From NCBI RefSeq assembly GCF_001949145.1, contig NW_019091359.1, positions 2,244,540-2,308,539 of the forward strand: DNA of 64,000 nt, given 5' to 3'. Below, piece by piece: positions 1 through 13,000 of this stretch; positions within the stretch are counted from its first letter, which is position 1, and every line of letters begins with the position of its first letter. This DNA is from Acanthaster planci (Eukaryota). Both the position numbers and the translations under genes were made by a program. The notes beneath the pieces are model-generated. The model was not told the origin of the DNA. It saw only the letters and a program-made list of their open reading frames with translations, and did not search any database.

Positions 1-1761
1 TCTATCGAAAAGGGTCTGGTCACGTTGATTTCTGAAATTTTATCGGTATCCTCAGACATTCGCTTTACGTAGGCTACATACATAGATTTGTTTTTGGTGC
101 GTTTACTGAGCAGCAGGCTATGATCGTGCAGGGCATATTGTGCTTCCGGTAATGTCAACAGCGTCTCTATTGTTAATGGTTACAGAGACAGATCAGACTA
201 CGCGAAACCAGACTGGAATGAACTGGGCAAGACCAGACCAGTGATTTGAAATTCGTAGGTGATCCCCACATGGTGGAAAAAATATGGAATGCCCAATTTT
301 GATATTCTGTTTAAAAAAAACTCTGTTAACTTCTGTTTGCATGCAACCGTTGTTTCTCAGATACAATAACGCAAAATATCGGACTACTATCACGCAAAAC
401 TAGTAGATAAAAAGACACAAAACCACAACTGGATCGCATCAATATTTCATTATTTTGGCTGTTATAAATTGACTGACATCAGTAGTCTGTGACACGCTAA
501 CGAGCACTTCAAGATTTCATGAATGTGGACTTTATACAAAAGGAAAGAAAACCATTGAAATCTGCTTTCTTCCCACTTTGTTCGGCGCTTTCAAATGCTC
601 AATAATAAACAAGCGAGTGAATGATCATTTTTTGTGCTTAGAATTACTGTTAACTGTAATTGTCCATCATGTAGGTGACTTAAGCTAAAATAGCGACATT
701 CTAAAACCTAATAAAGGTGCATACATGAGTAGTGGGGGTCAGTTTAGTACAGTTTGACCTTTTCGACAAAAATAGCAAAAGGTCACATTAATATGCATAA
801 GTATAATAATAATATGACATTGATATGAATAGGAATGAGGATAGGGTCAAAAATTATAGTACAGATTGACCTTTGGTAAGGGATAGGCATAAGGTCAGAA
901 AGTTTGGTACAGGTTGGCCCTGCTGTATGGGATCAAATAGGAGTAAGGCCTAGCACGGGGTAAAAATTTTTGGTACAATTTGACCTTGCTTATGAAATTA
1001 TGGCACAACATGATGAAAGAGGATGAGTCATACAGTGTGTGATGGTATACTGGCCCACCAGGCGATCCTAATGTAATCAAGGAGCAGGAAGCGATAATCC
1101 CTACACAAAGGACCGTCACTCGCCGCCGGGTTGTGAGTGATAATCCCTCGACAATGGACTGTACATAGTGGTGAGCTATGTCAGCGGACTATTGTGTTAA
1201 TGATTACATTGTGTACATTGGAAGTGAGCGTTGGTCCGACTTAACCTTCGGACACTAAAGGAGAGAGGGTGTCCAAGTGCTAACGGTCTTGCGTTTAGCT
1301 TACTATGGCTACCAAGATTTGATCGATACGGGAAGAAGACCCTGCTGTCCCTAGCTGAATCTTTATTCCTTTGAACGAGAGTGTTTGACGTCGCTTTCCC
1401 TGTAAATGTATATGGTTCGGGCTCTGGCAGAATTTTTAAAATTCTTTGAACGGATGTTTTACGGCGGTTTAATACCCTGTACATGTATACATTTTTGCAA
1501 ATTCAGTCAGAGCGGAGCGTTACTGTTGTTCTTTATTGTGGGAACTAAATGTGAAATACAGCATTATATAAAATTAAGAATTCTTGGGGGCGGCATGACG
1601 TCAGTTGGGGATTTTTAACACATAGCAAAGGGGTAAATTTATTCGTCGTGCTGTGGAATATTGTGTAGAAGTTCCGGCCAATATCTGATCTGAGAATTAT
1701 TATTCGATAGTCATACCGATAAGTATAACACTAAATAAATTCGTTGGACTTTACATATTGG

Positions 1762-3103
1762 TTTCTGGTAGGTTGGTACTGGTACCGTTTTATTTCCTTT
1801 TGTTCATCATTGATTTTTTACAATAATTATCTTCGTAATTTTAAGAATTACTACAAGAGTGATTACAAGAAGTTTGTTAACTTTGAAATCAGAGGCATTA
1901 CATTACTCATTCTTTTTGGAACTATTTGTCTCTACAGACTGTTATCTTTTAGGCATGCTCCTCTTCGTCATGAAACAGTCCGGCAAATTTTTCAGCATGT
2001 TTAGGCAAAACTTTATTCAAGGCTTTGTTGACGTTCATGCCTTTATCAAGTTTTCCATCGAGATCATCCACAATGTCCTTGTGAGTTTCATTTTCCCTTA
2101 AATGTAGGTAACTTGACAGGAACTCCTTAAAGTTGTCGAAAAAGTCTTGTTTGACTGCCCAGAGGGTCTTTCTGTTTGCCCTCTGCCTGGCTTGATCTTC
2201 ATCCATACCTTCGTTGACGTACTTGTCATATTTTTCATCCCGCATCCCCATGTGTTTCTCTAGCTTCAGCTAGCCAATCTTGGTAGGCGGCATTGTCTTC
2301 CCGTCTGAACTGTCTTCATTTGAGGTTTCATCATCGACCTCCTCAACAGAATCCGAGTTTTCGTCAACTTCATACATGCCTGATTCCTCCTCAACATGGA
2401 TATTTTCCATGTGCCTCTCTAGATTAAACTTCCGTCCGAAGCATTTGTCACACTGGTGACAGGCATATGGCTTGGCAGTATAAATACCATTCATGTTGAC
2501 CCTGTGAAGGATGACCTTTAAATGACACCAAACAAATAAAATCGTTCCACATATCCTAAATATACACGTATTTACTGCTTCTGATTTGCATATTTCATTG
2601 CTTATTTTTTTCATTGTTTTATTGTTCAAACTGCTCTTTGTATTACTCTTTTACTCGTTTTATTACTATTTTACTCTTTTCATTGTTCAAATTGTTCTTT
2701 TTATAGTTCAAATTGATTTTTATGGTGTAAATTGATCTTTTCATTGTTAAAAAATATTCTTTTCATTGCTCAAACGGATCTTTTATTTTTATTGTTCAAA
2801 ATGAACTTTGTATTTTCTGTTGGTCTTTTTATTGTATAAATTGGTCTTTTCAATGTATAAATTGCAGTTTTTATTGTTCAAATTGCTCTGTTTATAACTC
2901 AAATTGTTCTTTTTATTGCTCTTTCATTGTATAAATAATGCTCTTTTTATTGTTCAAATTGGCCTTTTTATTGCATGGGGAAATAAACGCCAAACATATA
3001 CCGTCCAATGAGATCACCAAGGAGATTTTTAAACTTGATCCATCTTCTTAGCAAACTTTGTTGAGCTTCGTCAAAAGCCCATCGAGTACCAACCTACCAG
3101 AAA
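1762..3103. repeat. Perfect 19-bp inverted repeat pair enclosing the zinc-finger ORF and an AT-rich degenerate ~22-bp array (about 2600-2970)
   Basis: TTTCTGGTAGGTTGGTACT at 1762-1780 and its exact reverse complement AGTACCAACCTACCAGAAA at 3085-3103. Confidence 0.6.
1949..2494 (-). pseudogene. Disrupted C2H2 zinc-finger/acidic ORF, probably from a transposon or endogenous virus
   Basis: KPYACHQCDKCFGRKFNLERHMENIH is a canonical C2H2 finger followed by an acidic tract. It continues past a TAG at 2270-2272 into the 100-aa ORF 1949-2251. It is intronless and lies between 19-bp inverted repeats. Confidence 0.55.
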
Positions 3104-3888
3104 TAAAAATCGTGCATCTCATTTTATTGTAGCCAAATAATATAGTCTTAAAAAGCTCATTGTATCCTGGGGATGCGAAAACCTGTCACTTTAAGTTTAA
3201 AACTGGTACAAGTCAGCCAATGAAATAAAGCATCTTAAAAACATTGACTATGGCGTGCAGAGATATCTGTTTTAGGAATAGAGATATCTCTATTAGGAAT
3301 AGATATTTGTATACGCGGAATAAATGTTAACTTTGCACGCCATATAAAACGCGTATTATACGCAATGATCACGATTGACGGAACGGTGTAGCATCAGTCA
3401 TCGATAATTTGGTTGTGATTACAGTTTTGTTTATACATCCTTTCTTTTCTGTTGACTCTGCCACTTTATGGCAAATCCAGCGCACACATCATTCTCAAAG
3501 TAAGTGTGTTCGATTCAAGCTGTATTACCGTCCTCTCTTGCACAACAAACCATTTCTTTAGGGATTCGCAAGATGATGACATTCTGTCCAATTAATAATG
3601 ACACTGCGGTCTGGCCTATAATATTGATTAATTTTCAGTGTGGTGCAACATTGTACTTTTTTTGTACAATTAATTAATTGACTACTGTCCTTTCGAAATA
3701 AACAACAGTAAAGACATCGTTGGTGATATTTACATAAGCAGGGTCTGGTTTTACCCAAGTTCATTCTTGGAGTCTTGTCGTAATTCTTTGTTCTACAGTC
3801 CAAGCCTTTGGGGGCAAAATGTTCATGTGTCGAACAACAAAGAACATATATTTGCGATTCTGCGCATGTGCGGAATAAACTGAACTAA

Positions 3889-5145
3889 GTGACAGTGAAG
3901 CAGGACAACCTTCTTATTACGTTGGATATTGTTTCCATGTACACGAACTGCCCGCAAGAAAAGGAATTATATCGGTTTTTCGATGCACTTGAAGAGGCCG
4001 ATAACAGACTGTCTGCTGTACCGAAACCAACAAGAGCGCGCGCACGCTGTCTGTTAGAACTTATCATACATAGGATGCGTTCGATTAGCTTACACGTGTA
4101 AGTCAAACTTACACGAGAGCGTTCATTTAGCCATCACGTGATCCTCGTGCCTGCCCTGGTGTCAGCCACTACTACCCCTGCTGGCGAGCGGGTCTCTGGA
4201 GGCTGCCCGAGTGTAATGACGTCACGGATGGACTGTTCGTGCATGGACGTACATGATGGAACGTGGCGGGGACTTGACCTTTTTCCTAGAATGCCCTGGC
4301 AAGTACACTGCAGCGTTCGATTACCCTCATTTCGAGGCTTCCCTTCGTGTAACACTGGTGTATTCAGGGAAGCTAATCGAACGCACCCATAGGAATATAT
4401 TCAAATTCAATAGCAGGTTTTCAGACAGAAAATTGGCGTGGCTATGGGAAGCGAGTGCAGTCCGGAAATATGCGACATAACCCTGTACAAATATGAGAAA
4501 GAAATCATTCTCCCTCGCAACCCTTCAATCGTGAGCTACATGAGACGACGTCCTTATAATATTTGACAGTAGTGAAGGCAAAGCCGGTGAACTCATTACT
4601 GCCCGAAATCTTTAATTCACCTTACGCTTAAGTTTACGTCAGAGATTTCGCACGACCAAGTAACTTTCCTCGATCTCGTCATATACAAAGGCAAACGATT
4701 TAGAACAGAAGGGAAACTGGACACTCGGGTAGCTACCAAAACACCGGATACATTTCAGTATCTTGCTCGAGATTCAGCCCACCCTAAGTCAGTATTTGGC
4801 GGACTGATCAAGGGAGAAGTTACGAGATATAAACGTATCTGCAGTAAAGATTTTAAGGAGAAGGTTGAGTTCTTCAGGGACAAACACATAAAATGTGGAT
4901 ACTCCCACGAAGACTTGTCCCTGCTCCCTCAGCAAGGGGAAACTCACAAGAACTTGAGCAGGCAGACTAGAAATGAAGAAAACGAGACTCCACTTGTCTT
5001 TGTCTTGCCCTACAATCCGCAAGTGCGACACTCATCTTTAAAACAGGCCCTTCTCAAAAACTGGGAATTAATCGACAGTGATGAATATCTTAGTGCGCTC
5101 TTCCTAACCAACCCCCTTATTGCCTATAAAAGACACAAAATATAA
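3889..5145 (+). mobile_element. Decayed Penelope-like retroelement reverse transcriptase
   Basis: Frameshifted motifs in the expected order: LLITLDIVSMYTN; LLELIIHRNIFKFN (after removing the MITE at 4073-4388); RQKIGVAMGSECSPEI; LKFTSEISHDQVTFLDLVIYKG; TFQYLARDSAHPKSVFGGLIKGE; PLVFVLPYNP; PLIAYKR. These are typical PLE RT and thumb motifs. No GIY-YIG domain seen. Confidence 0.8.
4073..4388. mobile_element. PIF/Harbinger-like MITE inserted in the Penelope RT
   Basis: Terminal inverted repeats (TIRs) GGATGCGTTCGATTAGCTT and AAGCTAATCGAACGCACCC, with a 3-bp target site duplication (TSD) ATA at 4070-4072 and 4389-4391. Removing it restores the RT reading frame. A reverse-oriented end fragment of the same family lies at about 6259-6321. 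Confidence 0.75.
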
Positions 5146-8100
5146 AGGATGACCTAGAACGGTCGAGGATTTATTGCTCTCCACTATCCAAACAAGAAGA
5201 GAAAAAGGAACTAGATGTGGAGAACATTTAAATCCCAATGTGAACTCCTTGAGGAACAAAATTAAGAAGTGTCGGTTAGGCATGGAATTCCACACCAGAA
5301 AAACCTAAACTGGAATCTGCCTACTCCGATCATGCACTGGCTTGAGGGACAAGGACACAGACAAGGACCCTTTGCCATCGGTTGTCATAAAGAAATACAT
5401 GAATAAAAGAACCAGAAAAGGTGACTGATGAAGTGCGAAGAAAGGCACAGAAAATATTCTCTGCTTCCCCCCAACACAGAGGAAAAAAAACAGGTGGGAC
5501 GGCATATTATCACCGGTATACATTAAATTATTTAGTGAATTAGAAACAAGAACCACAATATACACTGACGAGCCCCTGCGTCGCCTGGCTCCGGACACGG
5601 AGATTTAAAACTCCCGCTCTCTGGGAGACACCAGCCTAATGGGCCCGCGGGCGAGTTACGTATTGACAATTGTTACCCAACCACCTTCGTGACCTTGCAT
5701 GGGACAAGTGACGACTTCCTAGTTAAGTATTGTACCCTGAAAATGAAGCGAACTTCACACAAACTTTGTCGAAGCTCTGATTTGTGTAAACGCTGGAATC
5801 TATACCAGTGTCTCAAAAACAGCATTAACCTAATAATCTCTCCATGCTGTCGCTAAAAAGGTACTCAAATACATCAGCAAACACACTGTTCGTCCATGAC
5901 GCTGTATAAAATCAAACAGTAAGAAAAGAGTGTGCAGTGGCCCTGTTAATGCTGATAACTAATCTCATCCACTCTTTGCGTTAAAAAGACCAATTTACGG
6001 CAGCAATCTTTTGGGAATAATCCTGGGAACCCCCCCGCCCCATTAGCAAAGGGATAAAATCAATCAATTATTCCTTAAACCTTGCTTGCACAGACCGGTT
6101 TGCCTTATTTTCTTGGCCATAAAAACTTTATGTTTTACACTTCTTGTAAACCTGGGGAACAGTCCGGAGAAAACATAATTCATGGTGGCGGCCGTACTCC
6201 ACTCAACCAGACTTAGACGTAGAGGCGACCTGTATGACTACGCCCCTTCCCTACACACACGTGGTGGCTGAACAAACGCTCTCGTCGAAGTTTGACTTAC
6301 ACGTGTAAAGCTAATCGAACTTACCTTTTATGTATATCCGGTTCGTAAGTGATGACTGTACTTCGTCACAAAGGCGGATGTCGAATCCCCCTCGGGTCAT
6401 CGGCGATACTGTCTGGAAGACTGATGAATCGTTTGTATCCATCAGTTCCTTTCTTCAAGATCAAGAGCCATTTGTCTGAAATGCGGTTCGTTTTTCGTGC
6501 GGATTCAAATTTCCGCACAGAGTCCGACAGCGGTCAAAAATGAGATGTCCGGATTTGGGGCATGGCATACACATACATACACATACCCCTGGATACGAGT
6601 GCGTTTCGGTACGAGTCAACTTTTACTGCGTTGCATTAATACGTACAATGACGTCAAATCGCCCCACTAGAAAGGCACAAACAAAAACTTCCCGTTCTCA
6701 TTCATGCGGTTTCCTTCTTGCATGATACTTTCTCATTACAGCGTTCATGATATTTCTCACCCTTCACAAGTAGACAAATGTCAGGGAAAACCCGGCAAAA
6801 CTGAAAAAGACCTCTTAGATGCTCCCTGTCACTATTATATAGTGACAGGGAGCTAGCCGCGGGTTTACGTGTGCGATTAGCCCTGAAAATTTGGATGCTG
6901 AATATTAAAATTTTTGTCAGGTCAATAGCATTGCTTCAACATGAAATACGTGTCAGCAGGGAGGCAAATAAAACACCGGTACCTTTCCTTGCTAAGCCTC
7001 TGTTGATCACAGTGTGGTCCTTTATTTTTCAGTGATTATCATCGATAAATCAATTTATTTCAAATCAGTGGTTAATGTGTTACGTTTTAGATATCTGGAC
7101 AATTTATGGTGACGTTATTTTAGGTAACGAAACAGAAAAGGCAAAAAATGCTATCGTCTCCTGCTTGATTTGTGCATGGAGCGGGCATTGTTTCCTCATT
7201 TACATACACCCGGCAGAATTCTGCTAGATTCATTACCCGCTACCGGTCCCTACGTTCGGAGGACGTCTGTAAGACGTCTGGAGACTACGTACGGGATGGG
7301 AACCAGTCGATACTCTAGAGTACCCAGTACCGAAGGGTGCATTCCAGTGAGATACTCCAATGGGTACCCCATTTGTTTGCACCCGTTGGTCTTTATAATA
7401 GAGATCAATGTTTGCACCGTGGGCGTCATAGTGTCTATGGTTTGCACTAAACTTCCTGGTTCAAAATGAAGTCACTCTTTGGTATTCTGCAGAAGGACCA
7501 CACACGCAAAAAAAACGGACATGAGTGAAACCTCCAACAAGTTGAGCACGAACGAATCTTGTGGCACACCCTTTTCAAAATCGGTGAAATGGTTCAGATG
7601 AGAGTGACAATGATTTTCTTATACATGTATTTACATTTCTTGGAGGTGATTGTGCATGCATGAACTCCAAACGGCTGACTGTGTATTGTCATTATAATTC
7701 TAGCCACATTTAAGTGCAGGTCTATAATGCCACTAAAACGTTAATGAGCGGGTTGGTATCCAGGGTAACTGAGGTGAATTCAAGTTAAATCCATGATTAA
7801 TCCCGTTCAATTCTTATTGTATATACAAAAAACTGACAGTGACGAATTGAGCTGAGGCAAAAGTCAAGTGGTGATAAGATTTATTATCTTTTCAGACTAT
7901 AATTAACTGTTGTTTATCATTGTTCTGCGCGAAGATTTATGTGGAAAATGGCAAAAAAAGATCGAGTGCAGTTACGATTTTGAGCGCATAGGATGATTTT
8001 GAGTGCACGAAATAAAGAACTTAAATTATATTTTGAAATTGAATGAATTGTGAAATTATAATTCTGAGTTTGCTCTAATCGTATAGCCGTTTGGGGGGCT

Positions 8101-8718
8101 CCGTATAAGCATTTTTACCAAGGCAATGTCATTTGCACTCAAATCATGTACTTCAGTGACTCCAGTCTAGGAACTCGAATGGGAGTCGCTTCGACTCGAG
8201 TCATTACAACTGGTTTAGATGACAACCCATTTTCCTTCCATGTCACATTCATCATCTAATTCAATCGATCAGACAGCCAAGTCTGCCGTCTTCAAACAGT
8301 GATTTGAAATTCTTCGGAAAAATGGAAAAATGTTATGAGGGTCCTCCGTGTGGATTCCTACTATGCGCTTTTACACTCACCTATAGAATCCCCGAAGCAT
8401 TCCTTGTTTTGTGAAAGGATTTGAAAATGCAAGAAAGCCCAAAACACTGAATGATGCCTTCCTTGCGGCATCATAGGTACAACGTCCTTTATTGTGTGGC
8501 AAAACATGGACAGGTTTAGAGTTTTAAGAAGGTTCATTTTTCGATACACATAACACTAACGGATGTCAAGTACACGTATTACTGAACATTGAATAAGAGA
8601 ATGTTCGAAGTACAAGAAGTGCGTCTAAGATAAATTCACTACCTAGACCTTTAACAACACTGATTTACAACCCACCCCCTTAAAAGGAGCTTACACTTCC
8701 GTGTAACTTTCCACGGAA

Positions 8719-10008
8719 TTAATCTGAACAAAGTTTGATATTACAAAGCTCTTTTTTAAAATCTTGTCGGAATCGTCTATTTGCCAGTCCATAGATCAAC
8801 GGATTAATTGCACTGTTGATATATAGAGCTAAACTGAACACGTTGAATATCTTCAGAACTACGGTATTGACTGCTGCACCAGTACGTAGTGCCAGAATCA
8901 AATTGGCCTCGATAATGTAAGGTAGCCAGGTTAGAATAAACATTAGGCTAGTGATGAAGAGCATCCTGGTTGTTTTACGCTGCAGGACTGCTCCACCGGG
9001 CCTTTGGGGGACTTGTATCCCAAAGCTTCGCCGTCGGCGGAGCTGATTGTTTTTACCAGTAGGACGTTGATCTTCCCTCCATTTGGGCTTGTCTTGGTTG
9101 TTTTGGCTGAAACAGTTCTCAGCTGGTTGTTTTCTGGACAAATCGAGAATTGCATCACTGGATGGGGTGTCTGCATTGTTCGTTTTTGCCTGTTTGGAAT
9201 GAGAAGTGCCTGGATGATGGGAGGCAGGAGACACTTTTTTGTCGACACCTGGGTATGTCGACAGGCGCGGAATAGGCTGGTCGACACTGGCCTCAGCAAA
9301 TTCACCTGGTTGTTGGGCTGTGTCTGGCAAATTTACAGAGCACTTGCTGATGACCCATAATGAGTCCTGGACTGTCGTGGGTGGCCAATCGGCACAAACT
9401 CTGACGTGTTTCTGGACGGTCTTGTAAACTTTTCCGTAAGACATTACGACCACCGCGGTCAGCGTTACTGCAACAAGAGTATCTAATGCTACCCTCGTCT
9501 GGAACAAGACGGGTTCCGATTGGTTGTTGCTACTTAAAAACGATGGTATCGTGATCGCAAACGACAGCACGAATGCAACACAAGCGACTATCTTCCTCCT
9601 TCTGGGGGTTAAGAAACGCCTTTGTGGGCGGCATATGCAGTCGTAGCGATCCAGTGCAATGAGCATCGTGATAAAAACTGAAAAAATGACGATCGCATCC
9701 TCAAAATCGTCAAACAAACTAAAGATCAGATTACTCTGACGGCTGTCACCAGCCAGAGCTAAGACCTTCTCTGTTAAAAAGACGAATCGTAATATGCAGA
9801 CGGCCAGGTCAGCCGCGGCTAAAGCCATGACTAAGATATGGGTGTTGGTCTTACGCGTCTTGGTCCAGTAGACACGGAGGATGAGGCAGTTACCAGGTAC
9901 GCCAAAAAGGATCAGGAACGAGCTTACAATTACGACCGACAAGTCGTAGACGAACGAATCCTTCCATACACCGATGGACATTTCGGTAAAATTAGAGATA
10001 TTATCCAT
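8719..10008 (-). CDS. Intronless rhodopsin-family (class A) orphan GPCR, copy A1, 429 aa
   Basis: Seven hydrophobic segments, with GN in TM1, LAAADL in TM2, DRY, FILTWLPY in TM6, NSAINPLIY in TM7 and RRFR helix 8. N-terminal sequons NIS and NFT; long third intracellular loop. Confidence 0.92.
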   Translation of the reverse strand: MDNISNFTEMSIGVWKDSFVYDLSVVIVSSFLILFGVPGNCLILRVYWTKTRKTNTHILVMALAAADLAVCILRFVFLTEKVLALAGDSRQSNLIFSLFDDFEDAIVIFSVFITMLIALDRYDCICRPQRRFLTPRRRKIVACVAFVLSFAITIPSFLSSNNQSEPVLFQTRVALDTLVAVTLTAVVVMSYGKVYKTVQKHVRVCADWPPTTVQDSLWVISKCSVNLPDTAQQPGEFAEASVDQPIPRLSTYPGVDKKVSPASHHPGTSHSKQAKTNNADTPSSDAILDLSRKQPAENCFSQNNQDKPKWREDQRPTGKNNQLRRRRSFGIQVPQRPGGAVLQRKTTRMLFITSLMFILTWLPYIIEANLILALRTGAAVNTVVLKIFNVFSLALYINSAINPLIYGLANRRFRQDFKKELCNIKLCSD

Positions 10009-13000
10009 GGCTACACCCCAAAATAATAAAGATTGACGACTTTATTTCTGCAGTGGGCAAAGTGCTTGCTGGTGATTTTGGCGCACAACAAAACTCGAAC
10101 CGCTCCTTCCATGGACTGTACTGGGTTTGGACGCTCCAGAGTGAAGTGTTGATGTCAAAGGAGCCCTAATGGAATTGGTTTCCACGGTAACTAAATGGAA
10201 AACCTTTGTGCGGGTTTTTTTACTTCGATGGACCAGTATGTGAGGCTAAATGTCGCTGAAATAACTCTGACAAAAACCCACAAGTGGCAAACCTGACTGA
10301 TGTTATGCTAGTGTTTAGATTTCACCAAGGAGCACTTCTGTAGTTAGCTAATGCAAAATGAAGATGAAATACTATGATTTTATGGATGTATGTGAAGCTA
10401 AAAGCATGGCACTAGCTATCAAGGTTAATTATTGACCCAAATGCCAATACAAGGAAGAAACGCCGGAAACATTCGAGCGCCCGCGCGCAGGTGATCTTTG
10501 TTTTCATGGCAGGAGTTGGAAATATTTGAATTTAGTTAAGGTCAGTATTGAACTTTTAGGATTGCCACTGCAGAAATGAGCTCTATGAAAAAAAATCAGT
10601 TTTTGGTAACGTTTTTTTCTGTTTTGTCCATTGAATTTAAGATTATTACAGTGACATTGTCGGGAAAATGAAATTATCTTTCTTTATTTTTTCGACTCTC
10701 TGAAAACGAAGATAATAATGTACATCTTAAACCTTTGACAAAGCGATCAAAAGCCCATATGGTGCAACTGGTTGGGGGTAGCGTCAAGGGGAAGCTGGGA
10801 GGAATTCCGGTCTGAGCCCGCCCCCTTCCCCAACCACGATAAGTCCTGGCTGAACACCACTGGATAGACATGTTAGTTCCCGCAATGCCTTGCGTGACAG
10901 AACGCGCACACAACCCATGGAGTCGAGGTTTGTCTGGCATTCGCTTATCACCCAGCGCCCGCACAGGGTTCATTGTACAACGTGTGTCATACGTCGTCAG
11001 TCAGTTAGTCTTGATTTCAAGACGTTAGTGCTTGATAGCGGACACCGTGCATAGTGCGCCCCCTAGCGACTCACAATTAGACTGTGCGCCAGCTCGCACT
11101 AACGACTTGGGAATCTTGCAGCAGCGTTTTAACTTGTTCTTTATTTTTTTCCCTCGGCTTTCCAAGAGACCCCATCAGCACTCGCTAAATTGCATGCATA
11201 ATAAATTCCGATGACCTGAATAATACACCATGGTAAGGTCACATGCATCATGGCTGTCTGCAGTCCCGTCAGCACAGACGTTCGTACAGAGTTAGCACGG
11301 AGTAGAACGGGTGATACTCAGACTAGGTTAGGCCTAGGATATGACAGAGGATGCTGTTCTTGGTGACCCATAATCATGTACAGTCTGTATGTCCTCCCCA
11401 GCTAACGAAAGCGTCCTTAGAGACCATGTAGACCTTAACCTTCAAGGACGGAGTACCCGGACTGCAAGTTGGTTGTCATTTTCTTGCTGCACGTGCAGGT
11501 TTAGGTGTCGCTTGTGTGAGTAATTTGGCCTCATCAGGCCCAGCATGCTCATTGTGAGTTGCAAAAAAAGAGAGAATGTATTTCTTGCGTGGTGTCAGAC
11601 ATTAGACAACGATTTTGTTTTCCCAATTTTTCTGCCTCAGATATCGCAAACATGATGCGATGTAGCACATCTGTAGTCCCCAACGATTTCTTTTAGAAGA
11701 GTGGCAATTTCATGGAGTGAAAAATATGTCTAACATGTCACTAATCCCTTCCTACAAACCAGACACTATCGACAGGGTACTTGCTCGCGTGAAGCCGCCA
11801 TGTTGTTCGAACTTCGAAGTACATGTACATAATTATAATACCAAGGCTACAAATACTGAATACGATCGGTCATTTGCATACAACTGCTGCACCCCCGGAC
11901 CCATTCCTGCAAGATTCCCAAGACGTTAGTGAGAGTAAGTAAAAACAAGTTGTGCGAGGGCGCTCTTAAACAGAAATAAAACAACTATCGACCACTTACC
12001 TCTTGGGCCAAGACTACCACTGTTAGTAGATGAGCTGATTGGCTGAGTACAAACCGTTGCAAGATTCGTCAACTCGGGATTTCTAAATTCACAGTACAGT
12101 AATAAGTGGACACAGGAGGGTTTGAAGCAAGTAACGCCGCGCAGCCTCCAAATCCAAAGCATAAACGCAGACAACGTCAAAGAGGATCCCGACTTGGTCA
12201 AGTCTAAGCGTCGGCTACATGACAAAAACATGACAATGGTACAGTCTTCTCACCAAGTATCACTGATCACGTGTCTTTTGGCGATACATTTCAAATTATT
12301 GGTTATCTTGATCAATTTTGGATGAACGAATGAAGTGTAGTGAGAATATTCTCAGCAAGGAGGAAGAAACAGAAAACGAGAAATGTGTTGTGGACAAACA
12401 CACTTTCTTCGGCCCTGGTTTTATTTTTTCTCAAACCTGAAAAAAACCAGTTAAGAAATTCTTGATGAAGTACTTACAAGCTTTAAGGACAAGTGCATAT
12501 GAACTAAACAATACAAACATTGGTCCGCAGAATATTTAACATCCATGTCATCCCAACAAATGTGACATGACTAGTTACCATGAACCGCCATCAGATGAAA
12601 TGAATTTCAATCTTGAACCCTTCCCTATCTAGCAATTTGCAAAGTTTCAACCCAACCGGACATGTAGGCCTACTTCACGAGATACAACACTTTAAATAGT
12701 CATGGTAAAACATACTGCCAAAATTTGTGTTCCGACTACCTTCACTACAACAATAGTGAAGCCGAAGCAGCTAAATATCGAATTGATAACCGCCGCTTGT
12801 GTAAAGCATTGAGCAAAAATTTACCCACAATGCTGTGCCTGTCGTTAACTGTGACCCCCGTGTGACGTATTTCATTCACTAAAATCTATGCAAGGTCATC
12901 AGCCCCTCCCAGCGCCCCATTCGGGATCGGGCACTGGGTGACGAGCGAAGGTCCGGCAGCGACTTACTACAAAAAATTAGGACACATGGTAGCATTTCCA

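Noticed and set aside
5420..5465. Hammerhead-like CTGATGA-stem-GAAA downstream of the Penelope relic
   Set aside because: Stem II is closed by an A-A mismatch and there is no complementary stem I partner after the putative cleavage site.
8943..9427. Overlapping and antisense ORFs recurring within each GPCR copy
   Set aside because: The recurrence is explained by DNA-level paralogy, and they have no independent protein features.
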